From assembly GCA_000934665.2 (NCBI GenBank), contig JYFJ02003087.1:1-46518 (forward strand): DNA of 46,518 nt, read 5' to 3'. This document shows, piece by piece, positions 11,245 through 24,211 of the stretch (the stretch's first letter is position 1; each line of letters begins with the position of its first letter). The notes beneath the pieces are model-generated. The model was not told the DNA's origin, searched no databases, and saw nothing but the letters and a program-made list of their open reading frames with translations. The translations under genes and the position numbers were made by a program. Origin of the DNA: Catajapyx aquilonaris (taxonomy: Eukaryota).

Positions 11245-11630
11245 ATTTATTCAGTTTGATTATATTATTTAGTTGGCTGGTGATTTAATATTATTCTCCT
11301 CACTTCACTGGTTAAAGTATGTGTATTCTGGATTGTGTTTGCACACACCAGTCTTGGATGAGCACCAGGAAAAAATTACTTGAAACTAGATAATAACAAT
11401 AAAACCAGTGACTAGAAAGCAGGTGTTGGTGCTTACTTGATTTCTGTCGCAGATAGATTTAGATGGCACTTTGACAAGTTGGCCCAGCAGTGATAAAATT
11501 ACTATATTATTTCCAGGAATTTCTATTATGCTATGTTTGAAAACATGCTAACCTCAAAATGCATGGGTCAGACCATTATTTTCTAACTTCCCAAATCGGG
11601 TGAGCTGAGATCTCCCAAAAATCCTGATTT

Positions 11631-13306
11631 CTACCACAGAAACCTTTGGGTGTCAGTCGAGTGAGGCCAATAAAATGGCCTCTCTACAAACAGGTAGACA
11701 GTGGCTGCATTTACGACCAGGTTGAGAACAAACTCTGCCCCAAGCTTGAGCCATGAATCAGGCTGGAGTTGTGCCCGGAAGAGCAGATATGGAACTATGA
11801 AGTACCGGAATTCCAACAACTTCTGCGGCACCAGGCAGAGGGCAGTACAGAGAACATAAAGGATCATAAAACTCATGCCTTTGCGTCTCAGGAAGCGATA
11901 CATTATGAACAAACCTGCAACATACGCTGGACAAAGAATGTACTTTGCAACTGGAAATCTTTGAAACACACGCCTCCATATGTAAAATGTGTAATGCCTA
12001 TTGTCTGCAAGTAGGTATGGATGAGCAAGTGTGTTGTGGTGCACTGCCAGCAAAAAAGCTAATAGAGCAGTGGACGTGACCCTGTAACGTCGGGCCATGT
12101 CGGCCAAAATAGACTTGAGTTCAGGTAGAGCAAAAGGAAGTGCAAAGAAGCAGGAAAAGGCTATGAAATAGAGAGCCTGTGGGGAGTGCAGTGTGACCTC
12201 ATGAGCACTGCGATCCCCAACTGCCACACCACGGTTAGCCAGGACAAAAACCGCGAATGTCAAACCGATCAGAAGGTAGCAAAAGCAGCGTCGGCTCACA
12301 ATCACCTGGAGCTGCATCAGCTGGCCCAAAGGAAGGTGGAGCACTGACCACAGGCTGGTGTCCTGGAATAAAAACACAATCAGCAATCTTATCTGGTTGG
12401 CTGTTACTGGACGTGATGCAATTCCTCATCCCACTAAATTAATGGCTTACAAAAAGGCAATTGTTACCTCAACATGCTTGGAATTCTTCTGCTTCAAACG
12501 CTTGTTCCGTTCCACCATGAACTCCTTCACAGCTTCCATGGCACTCAATGCGGCTACGAGGAACACCCACGCAATATTGGTCTGCCGAGTGACCACCGAC
12601 ACCAAACCTGAAATAACTGTGTGTTGACACCGCTACATAATAATAAAGCCACAAAAAAGAAGGCATACCTATCCCAGCTCCCCAAAAGTGCTCTTTCTCC
12701 AGATACAGGAGATACATGAGCAGCACCAGGAACGTGGACAGCACATCCGTATAATACAGGAAAGTGAAAAAATAAAGGACGGGCAGGGTCGACATATTGA
12801 GCGCCGACACCAGCAGCTTCCACTCGGACAGTCCCTTCCGCATCTCATGAAGCTTGCAGGTGATGCTCCACAGGACAAACACAAGTCCCACATGGGCCAG
12901 CAGATTCACACACCGCAGGCCAAACACATCACAAGTGTCTTTGCCCAGCAGACGTGAAGACGGAACCAGAATTCCCACGGACACAAGGTACAGTCCGGGA
13001 AGCGTCGTGATTTTTTCTTCCCACTGAAAAGTACCCAGTTTTGTCTATTACAAGCTGAATATTCATTGTACAGTAATTGTAATGTAATGTACAGTACAGC
13101 AAAATTTGTTCTCATTTTTTTCTGGTTTTTTCGCAAATACTTGCCTCATTGAAGATTCCCTGGCAGTACTTCTGTGCCTGCGGAATGTGGAAAATCTCAT
13201 CCAAGTATGGAGTAGGCTGCACGTTGTAAATGAGCGCCAGCAACGCAAAAGTAACCGCAAAATAGACCAGCAGCAGACAGCCCAACTTCAACGTGGCCGC
13301 CGCCAT
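11631..13306 (-). CDS. ALG10: Dol-P-Glc:Glc2Man9GlcNAc2-PP-Dol alpha-1,2-glucosyltransferase; exons 13306-13145, 13023-12669, 12607-12468, 12362-11631
   Basis: PYLDEIFHIPQAQKYC, ITTLPGLY, FFTFLYYTDVLST, RQTNIAW, GDRSAH, HPYLLADNRHYTFYIW, PQKLLEFRYF and terminal QRFLW; many hydrophobic segments. Intron 1 is GC-AG. Confidence 0.96.
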
Positions 13307-13770
13307 CTTTGAAATCTCCAAAGCTTCAAATTAGATCCGGCAGATGGCAGCACACGTCCTGAAACTGCGGACGACGTTGCCAGATGGCGCACAATTCGCA
13401 TTTTTCGGTGGACCGCCCGAAAACTCAAAACTTTACGTGAAAAAAAGAGGGGGGAGGGGGGGGGGTGGCCGGCATGAATCGTTGTAAAATCAATGAATGC
13501 GGATTCATTAATCATTTCGCATAAAGAAAAGAAGAAAAGCGTAACCATCTTCCCAGCAGTTTCGAAAATGAGATTTTGTAATGCTCGACATGCTTCGACC
13601 GGTCGCCATCAAGGAATTGAATATAAATTGGCAATTTTCCGCACTATAAATTAGTATGCAAATGCGAATAATGCCGGTTGTAAATTAGCAACCGGAGTTT
13701 TTTTTCCACCGCCTGATTCAAAGCGCGGGGATTTCAAAAAAAAAAAGGTCGCGGAAGATGATGGCGACTA
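13299..13770. promoter_or_regulatory. CpG-rich ALG10 promoter region, possibly bidirectional
   Basis: A YY1/Pho-type AAGATGGCGGC overlaps the ALG10 ATG (- strand, 13299-13309). AGATGGCG occurs on + at 13382. G-tract at 13448-13465. CpG-dense. Confidence 0.5.
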
Positions 13771-16700
13771 TGGGGGAACATTTGACCCCATATATTATTC
13801 AGTTGAAAAAAAAACGGGTCTAGTAAGAGGGTGGTCCATTTCCCAGAAGGCGTAATTACCCTTCATCATATATCCCATCGAGACATAGAAGGAGGAGCCA
13901 TAGAATCCGGCGAGGACATCGATCGACGCCTGCGCTTCGGACAGTAAACTTAGTGGGGGGGTTTGCGACTATAAGCATTGAGGGGGGCGGTCTCGAGGGG
14001 GGGCGGAAGAGGGGGTACCGGGGATGCAGTATGTGTATGAGGCAGCAGTGGGCAGTCGAGTCCGTGGACAGTTGCAGTCGGAGGTCTCAAATCTTCTGGA
14101 GGACGACGACAACTGAGAGGACAGGCGTTGTATAGGACGTCCTAAAGTGGTATGGGGTCCTTTAAGATATCCAGAGCGGTCAGGCTTCTGGAGTGGTCAG
14201 CTGGAGGAATGGTCACCACACCCAACGGTAAGAAACACATGAGCAGCAAAAATAGCAATACCATATCATACACACAAAAAAACACTACCATACAAAAAAA
14301 AACTGTATCTGCAATTGCAGCAAAAAAGCCGTATCTTCAATTTCCCCTTCCGATACCCTCGTGTGTTTGGAATTAGACGTTTTACAGCCCCCGAGGCAAT
14401 AATAGAGCACGAAACACGGACACGGTCGACGTGATTCCGCTTATTTTTGCCTCCTACTTCTTCTCCTCAACCGGAAGACGTTGCGTGGGGCGTCCAATAA
14501 GATAGCAGCGGGCTTTTATGCTACTTGCTCCTACATAACATCCTCGACCATTTATTTTTCAACCATGTCAAAGTGACATGGGACCTGCAATTGGGCTGTC
14601 ATTCACCGTACCCTGTACCGATAATCAACCGTACTTTGAAGTATACTGCGGTACAATTCCGCGACCCTTTTTTTTATAATGCACTGCGACTCTATTTTCT
14701 TGGACTGATTCCAGCTGCATAGGCGGCGTCGATTTTAGTTTTGGGACCAACCCACAGATTACGTAAAATAGTGCTGACCAGGAAGGGATTTAAACTGTCC
14801 TAATATTTCAGCTGGAGGATTTTTCGAGTCGCACCACTGCTTCTTTTTTTTTTTTGGGGGGGGGGGGGGTATGGGGCCATTATTACACGGTGCGGCCACA
14901 ACTTCACATTTCGACGAGTGTTAAAATCGCGTTGAAAGTTTTCCTGAAAATGTAGTTTCGCAGGGGCCAACAGGTGGGTCGCCTGACAAGACCTACCGAG
15001 GCCTATAAATGTGTAATGAATAGTGGAATCGCTGACCGTTCCTCTATAGCCACCGACTGTGGGATGAAACGCTCCATTCATCCCAAGGCTCCCCCCATTC
15101 ACATACACCAGGCTTTACATATCAAAAAAGAAGAGAGTACATAACATGCCTAAAGCTTTGAAGTTCGCATCAAAGAACAAATACGCAACAAACTTTTCCG
15201 TCAATATAATGACTTTTGCGACTTTGCTGTGTTGGAATTGCTGTGGTCATGAACCTCTCACCCGCAATCCCAAACGTGCAGTGAAACCAGATTTTATCTG
15301 ATGCCGGCAGTTGGAAATTTATCAGACCACCACCCATACCCCTGCCGCCTAGAAATTTGCATATAAACACCGCCCCGGCTCTGATTCACTTATCTCGCCG
15401 AATGGCATGGGCAAGCGGGTCAAAAGGGGGGAGGTATTAATCTGCAAAAGGAGCAGTCATGTGCAGTTCCGCTGGGATAAATCAGCGACATGTTTTTTAT
15501 TACAACATTTGGAACCTACAGGAAAATCTGCATACTTTAAAAATAGTGCACTGATTGTTGTAATAATTTGTATAATAATTAATAACTTGCAAAAATCTGA
15601 TCTGTTAGTAGAACTGTCCTATTATTGCAAATTGGCGGTTTTCCTGGCGACGGTACAGCACAAACTTTCCATAAATATTTACTTCCGGAGAAGCATATGG
15701 TGCCAAGCCAGATCGGGCATGGCAATAATTGAAAATTCGCAGATCCTCCAGAGGTCTGCAGAAGAAAACTAGGCTTGATCCCAACCTGGGCACTTGGCAT
15801 TCCTACATTGTGTGCAAAGTTAGTACTGGGGGAAAAGCGGTTTGGCGAAAAGAGGCCTCTGGTGCAATCTCCTGGGCAGAAATGGGAAATCCCTGTAACC
15901 TAGCGTATATACTTTGAATGGAATGGGGGGTGCCTGGAGGCTCCCAAAAGGAATATCCTCCATCTCCGGAGCAGAAAAGCCTTTAGGGGGTGCAGCAGAC
16001 CGCCTTCAGAAGATAGAGAAAAAAAAGAGAGGCACATAGCAAAGGAAACAACCTAAAATTTCTTTTCATTACGAACCTTTTTTCAGGGGAGGAAAACTCC
16101 TGGGAAATGTGGGGCTCCCGAAGAAAGAGTTGTGATTCAGTTTTTTGGGGTAGTGCCCCCCCCCCCCCCNCCCGGTATATACTGTAGAGACACACAGACG
16201 GACGGAAGTGTGTTGGTTTTATCTCTCACATTTCCTGGAGAGAGAAACAGGGTCGGCAGCACTCAGGGCCTTGAAGAATATGTATGTTTTTTTTGTACAT
16301 ACAGACAAGGACTGACGGATGACAGATTTCTCTGGGAACGGCTGTGCATTTGCATGTTATTTTGATAACGGGTTTCAATATCGGTTACGTAATGTTGGAA
16401 GCGGATTTGGAGCTAATTATGTAAAGTGCGCGCAGATAGGGCACATATATTTATACCTGGGACAACATTTTCAGCGATAATCGTAGCAGCATGTTGTGAA
16501 GCAGGAGTATTAATAGCGTGATTATAGGAATTTTTTTTCCGGCTCTCCGGGGAGTTTTAATGGGTGTTGTTCGGCTTGATTAAGCATATGCGGATAAACT
16601 GATCTCACATATCCTGTACTGGCTGGATTGGAAATCGGCTGAATGGCCTTTTTTTAAAAAATAATTCAATTACAGGTGCAAAAATAGCTAGATGAAAAGG

Positions 16701-19700
16701 GGGGGCTGATTAGGTGCAACCGCATCCAAAAAATGATGAATTGCAATTATGAACTTTCGGTAATTACCGAAGATATTTATAAATCAACGCCGTGATTCAA
16801 AAGCTTTTTATTACTCTTTGAGCCCCCCAAAGTTTCGGATCTGAATAATGAGGGCTGCAGATTACTTTGGCCCTCTGCAATACTCCAGCCATATAACCTG
16901 GCATAAAACTGAAAATTGATTAACATTGTTTTCATCTCTCTCGGACTCGGCAGGATATAATGGAAAATGGAGGATTTACAATAGTGAATAGGCCAAGTGT
17001 GTAGAATGACTACCGATCGATGATGGCCTCTATACAAGCCTATATATGTGCAGTCATAAAGGGAAAAAGGGTTTTCCCCAGCACAACAGTAATAGCCCTA
17101 CGAGACGACGAGTTCCAGAATTTGCGTGCCTCCAGACAATAATTATTGTTGCCGGGTGGGGGGCAATTATAGGTAACCTATTTATCACTCAGATGCGGTA
17201 ATTGATGTCCGTTTTGCAGTCACGACACCGCCAGAAGCGAGCTCCGGAGGGGTTTTCTGCAGCAACAATGATATTATTCGGAGCAATCAAAAGCTCGCTT
17301 TTGTCGCACGTAACGACGGAACCATTGTCATAAAACGGAGGCGAAATGCGAGGGCAACTCTTATCTACAGCCGTCTGTGTGGGGGGATGACCTCCGGAAT
17401 CTCCCTGATGAAAAAGGTCAATCCAAGTGCAAAAATGGTATAGGACGGACTTGTGTATTTCCGAAGGGCGATCGATCCACTAGTCCGACGGGTTATTGGG
17501 ACGATGTTATATGGAAGGAAATGGAAGGTTTTTTTTTATATATATAAAGGACCTCTGAAGATATAGCTGGCACAAAGGCCATTCATCTCGAGCCTCATTC
17601 ATCTCAGACGCCGCGTCCGACTTCTTATATCCAGCGACATACGTACGGAAGGGGACCTACTTCTGGTAGCCTAATCGAGTCGAGAGATCGCGTGACCCGA
17701 GTTGTAACCAGCCACCTGTGATAAAAGACACGAATATTCAGCAAGTGGTAAGGAATTGCCAATAACGACGGAATTTGAACATATTAAAACGCCTTCGTCA
17801 TGTCGTGCCGCTATATTTCGGAAGGAAGCAGCCAACTTCTCAAGTCTTGCTCCACTGTATTTTAATATATTATGATCTATACATATTACAATGCTGATTG
17901 ACAACTGGATTTCAAGCCCGATGTGGCTTCATTTTTGTAGCAAAATAAATGACAGTGTTAGTATGTGAAACACGCATATAATAGTAGGCGGGAGGCCGAT
18001 TGTAATTATGCGACAATAAAACGGGTCATTAATATTGCACCGCATGAATAATGGAGCCAAATCACTGCGTTTATAATACAGGACATGGCTGGTTGGGTGG
18101 CATCAGTAAAGTTGATGTTGATAAAAAGTCGACTTAATTAAGTTCCTTAGAGGATACATGGGAATCAGCGTTGTGTCGTGCTTCGTTGTTAGTCGAGTTA
18201 CACGCGGATTTGATAGTCGATATATCAACCGTGTCTCGTGCCTCCAAACCGAAGCGTGCAGTCAATCATTTTTTTTTTTTTTACAAAGTTCTGAGGGCCA
18301 AGGCAATCTCGGTTTCAGTACAGTGTTTCAATGACGTCCGTTTGTTTCGAAGCCAGTAATCCATGGAGGTTGAACATCAGGGAAGTTAAACAGGACACGG
18401 ACCAAGTCTTTGGAGCCAGGTTTCATTTTGGTTGTTCCGCCTGTAACTCAATTGGAAGCAAGTTTCGATTTATTTGAAACCTTGTTTTCTGAGATGGGGC
18501 GGGCCTATTGATTCCTGGCGCCCAAGATTATTCTGGTAGAAACTAAAGAAAAAAAGGGGAAGATTTAGAGAGCGAACGAGTTTTCCGCTTCCCCCCACGA
18601 GAGATCGAGGATTCGTTTCACATCAGAATGGCACATTTATGCGAACGGTGCCTATCCCGCCAGTAGCAGCCATCAATCCTTTTCAAGTCTGCAAAAAGAT
18701 ACGCCTATAGATACAGTGTGCTATACACGGAAAAACGAACGTATATCCATAGCGTTCACCCCCAAATCCTGCACGAAACGCGAGAAGATTTCATTGCCAT
18801 TGGATAAACGGACGAAATGGGCACAATAGTAAAGTCCATGAAATGTTGAAAATGGTCACTCTGTATACAGCAAGTAGGCTGCATTATAATACAGACAAGT
18901 GTTAAGAAATATTCAAAAGAGTTGATATCTGTACTTTTGACGGTTAGATACAGTCGCAACCAAGTGCAACAGCTGGCGATTATGAATATCGAATTGGTTT
19001 CAATATACTTGAGGGCATGTACTGACTTTTTCAAGTTGGTAGAGATTATTAATACTCAGGGGTGTGAAGCGAAGCGTTCAACTTCTGTATGGTCAAGTAC
19101 TGACCTTGTGTCCATTGATTGATTGATTGTGAGAGGCAACGCAGATGATTCGCAGTATTAGGTAAGCTGATTGTCATTTTGACACATTCGAGCATTTATT
19201 TTGTATAAGGCATTTTTGGATAATGAGCCTGCTAATTATTGGTAATGTGGCATGAACGTGACATACGCATGGATTGCGAATAATTTGGTGCATTATGCTG
19301 AACACTTTAAAACCACTCTTGGAAAAGGGAAGAGAACACTTTAGAACCTTGGAGTTGATGAAGCGTTTTAGGCGGGCTATTCGCTCCAGCTATAGTGTAA
19401 GGGGTTAACCGATGCAGGCAGCAAGTGTTCCTATTTATAGTCATCCAAGTAAGCTTTGCGTGCGCTTTTGCAGAGCCTTGGTTTGCAGCAAAGCACTCAC
19501 TCTAGTTGCAGTGTATCGGACAAGGAAAAAAAGAAACACGATAAGTGCGAAATCCGAAACCCTCTCTGCTGAACATCAAGGCAGCATGATACAGAGAGGT
19601 GTATCATATACTGCAAAAAAAAATTGCAGGCTGCAAAATGTATATGCAAGGTTTTGTATTTCACATTACTCATCACATGCAAAATAGCACTATATGTAGG

Positions 19701-22700
19701 AAGGAATTGGTTTGTTACAAGTTTCCATATAAGTTGTACTGATTTCAAGCGTAACAGTACACGAATTTTAAAATAACAGTAGAAACTGAGCGGAAAATTG
19801 TGCAGGCAGCGTATGTTGCCTCACCCTGTATGGCATAATGGGGCTGATATTTTTTCTCCGTGACATTTTGCAACGCGCCGTTCACCATGCAAAATGCCAC
19901 ATGCTGGAGCCCAATTTTGCCGAAATAATTATCGAGACCCACCCTCTGGTCCTCCTTTCCTATACCCCCCTTCCACCCTCCATTTTCGGCCCCACCGCGT
20001 CTGATGAGGTCAATGAGCACACAATCGATTCTCTCCCTCGTTTGTCTCACATTACTGCGAATCCCTGTTGGGACTTGACAAAAAAAAATCGCGACACTTT
20101 TTGCAAACGAATTGAAGCAGCCGGATAACATCTGGGATTTTGTTCAACTCTGTTCCGCGAAAATTGATTGCTATATGTTGGGCGTTAAATCGACGAGTGA
20201 AGGACATGCGTGCAAAAATTTTTTGGCTGGTACAAATCTATGGAGATGTCCTGCGGCTGTGACAAGTCTTCTAGTTTGCGACATGTAATCATTTGGAGAG
20301 AGTCGCATCCTGCTTTGGGATGCAGGCTATCAACGGCTGGTCCATTTCCACGTGATTTAATCCCGGGCGCAGTGTTTGTTATCTGCTGTTGGGGACTGGA
20401 TATAATTTCAAAATGGAGCTGGCATTATTGCGTTATTGCTCGATGCAGATTGCATACAGTGTATGACAGATGGTCATAACTGACATGACGGAATATATGC
20501 TGCAGATGGATCACTCATATGTTAATCGTTATATTGTGTATGGTATTTCTTAATTTCAGTATGTATGGTATTCATATTTCGAAACCAAACTAGTGCGCGA
20601 AACTATTAACATTGTATTGCAGAGTACCGAACATGACGTCATTACAGTCTTTGTCAACGAAGCATATGTATGATCCGAGCAGGTGCATAATATCACAGTA
20701 AAGAGAAATCCTGAACGTCATTTCGCCATAAGGCTTTTATGATGGGCCCGCGTAATATTGCGCCATTCTCGTAAAAAATGTGTTCCTCCAAGAATATGAA
20801 ATGCGACCTCCAGACGAGGGTTGAGCACAACTCATTTCAGCGGGGCCTCTCCTGGAAGGGATGAAGAGATCACATTTAGCATAAAAATAACGCTTACAGT
20901 GACATTAGGATGTCGTTATTGAACCAACTACGCGGAGAGAGGCTGTACAGCAGTCCTTAGTTTTCAAGCAGGCTATATGTAGACCTCGCTTCACAATTTG
21001 AGTAGATTTTTTATATTGTGGTAGAACTCTTTTGTGAACATGCCAGGTCCGAATGGAAAAAAAAACACCTGGTTGGTTTTATGAATATTACAACTATTCA
21101 TGCCACAACAGATGGTATATATAATAAAGGTCATTACTTCTATGAACACGCGTCATTTTCAGCACTGAGATTCTCTGGCATAGCAACTAACATGTATTCA
21201 CTGAAAGGAACTTTTCATCAATTGTTAATTCAATTCATGCATCAATTTATTCCAGTGCAAAGATCGGGCCTCTCGCTTTTATCAAATATTCTGTAAGAGT
21301 TTTTCCCAGTAATCTTGTCTGACATTCTCTCTGTAAAGTTGCTTCCTGCATTTCCCATGACAGACGATTAAATATTACTGAACTGTTGGACTCTTTAGAG
21401 TGGACTAAGTTATGTAATTATTTTGGCTCAGTACTATATATACTGTAGCACAGATATTTACTGTACCACAGACATTACTGTACCAGTATTCTTAAAGTGC
21501 TCTACATTACACGACAGCGTATACAGTATACGAGTATATCTACGACAAAGAAATATATCAGGAAAAGGATGTTTTCGAGTGTGAAACTTCCTCAACAGTG
21601 TTGTCGTCAAAGAACCGGTAACGGAAAATGTGTACCGCTGTATAGTCATTGAAATCACAATGACTCACACGCGCAGATGAGATTTATTGCACAATACGTA
21701 TTTGGCATAATAAACGTGGCAGTGATGAACCTTATTCTCATTGTACATAATTTATCATATTATGACTAAGTTGTGATAAAATCATCTTTCGGGCAGCATA
21801 GCAACAATCAATAAGAACAACAGCGGGACAACGTTATGCAACGGATCATTAAATTGTCTGGTGGTTGTATTGAAGTATTGGTATAAACTAAAGTGGCGTG
21901 AGACAAAGCATGTCGCACTATGCTGCCCAACGCATTGAGCAACAAAAGCGAAAGGTCGGGGAGAATTTGCATAAAAATAACTTTGACCTTTAGTCAATGT
22001 GACACCTACAGCCAGCTAAAACGGATGTCATGATCCTTCATAAAATGATGCATATAATATCGCCAATGAACATTTATTGAAACTGACATTTAGTCAACTG
22101 CGGTTATGCTGTCAATGTTATGCTAAAGCCACATGCAGTTACCACTATTATGAGCCGCATTGGGGCGGACAAAATTAGTCGTGGTTGCGAAATATGTACG
22201 TAAACATAACCTGTGGTGCAATTAAACTTCCCACAGTACAAGTACCAACAAGAAAAAGTCGATTCATAATTAAAGTTATTAATCGCTGACAAGGCCAATG
22301 GCAACATACGGTAGGCCTATACATATTTTCCGCGAATTATAGGTCGAGGCATGTTTATGTGATAATAATTCATTCCTTGCACAACACACGTACAATGAGT
22401 GGTGAAACTCTATGATAAAATATCCCGTTTGTCACGTAGTTTTTTACAGGTTAAAAAAAACAATATTGTCACAGGCTTGTGTCTTTGGAAAGAAAAGCCT
22501 GGAAAAACCACAGTCCATTCAATAGACCATAACATGATCATCAACCACTCAGCATCAGCAACAAAACAGAAATACAAAACTGTCATAGTCGTTACAACAC
22601 CAGCATAAAAGGTAACACAATATACGCTCTGCATACAATATGCGGGGATGCAGTACACTGCATACAAGAATATGGTGGGTGGAAATGTCGGTTGATATCT

Positions 22701-24211
22701 ACATGTTGTTGTTCAAAATATACAGTATTAAGGCAGGTTGCTTTTGAAATCCTAGACCAAGACGTAAGGTCACTGATATTGCATATTTTGAAAATAGAAT
22801 TACGAAAATATTGGATCTCGTATATCAGTTACTACACAAGAGCAAAGGCGGTACTGACCCTGTATGAAAGTCAAATTATTTTTTATGCTTGCTTGTATCC
22901 CACGAATTTATATATTTCTATTGGACATTCCCATAATGTTGACTCCTGCAACTCAGTATGCCTGGTTTGAAATTCTTGCTTTCACCTCCCATTTGCACCA
23001 ATACGTGCCTTTACAGATAACCTATCTTGCTAAACATGCCGACGAGAATTTTTGTCTTCAAAACGACCTAATCGATTCTGCACTTCTAAAAGTCAGCATC
23101 CAACAGAAGGCACATCCTACTGATTAGAACAGGCGGCTCAAGCGATGACAGCCAAAGCGACCTGTAACACTATCAGAATCGACAGCTGATTTTCGCTCAT
23201 GTCACCACCAATTTGCCAAATCCTGCAAAAATATTTCCACCTACTGCATTTGTTCATTTTACTGGAATTTCGAAACATGCAGTTATACATATGCGCAATA
23301 ATATATTTCTACAGTGCTGTCACATTTCGCAAAGAAAATAGTAGACAGCAAGTGTATATGCTTGCAAATTGCAAAATTTTCAGCCAATAAGAGGATCCGT
23401 TCCCGCAGACTTGAATCCGTCTATTTTCTCTTCCATCACACTGCTTCATTTGGGTATAAGCAATCCTCCAGGCCATTCAATCATTGCATGGTACACCCGC
23501 CCACAAAATCAGACTTCACAAAGGACATTAATTTGGTTCGACATTGTCGAAGTAATAATAGGGCTTGTGTTTACGCCTGCTGAGCACTGATGCAATATAG
23601 ATGTTATACAGCTGACTCAAGCTCCATTTCAGAGGAGACCGCGGACGCAATTTAATCGTTTCTCTTGCTGTGCTGCTTCTCTCAACTTTTAATTACTCTC
23701 TGAATAGCTTAGTATAATTTGCATGAGAGCTCGCACGTGTCCAGGAGGAGGAAACTGCAGCAAGGGACATCTCTCTGTGGCAAACCCTCTCGACATACCT
23801 GGGTCTAAAGCACAAATTGATGGGTATCGATGCACTTAGCTACGAGCCACAAACTAACGTGTTAATGACGCGGTGAGAGCAGAAAACTCGTTACACCAAT
23901 TTTAGTGTCAATATTATTTGTAGGCTGTAATAATATTAGTACGTAGGCTGAGCTGGGGCATGTCATTCAAGTTGTACAGGGTGTGTCATAATGATTTTGG
24001 GTTAACTCCTTGCATGGTATGATGCAGCACATTTTACGCAGAAGCGAAAGAAATTAATGCAAATTTGTTGGCCTCATATTAATGACTGATGACGCTTCCA
24101 GGTTGACCTCCTATAATTGGCTATATGTGGGTTCTATGCGGATGATGGGCAATTAACTCTAGTGTAATTGATGGGTCTGATTCCGTTTTCAGAGAGGTGA
24201 GTGTGGATGGC

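Noticed and set aside
13860..14230. GC-rich block with a partly open minus-strand frame, possibly a decayed LINE end
   Set aside because: No recognisable protein motif, tail or TSD; it cannot be classified by eye.
19400..19409. piggyBac-like right end (aaggggTTAA)
   Set aside because: No matching left terminus was seen.
14500..24100. Numerous 60-130 aa ORFs
   Set aside because: No motifs, no consistent splice or phase structure, random composition.
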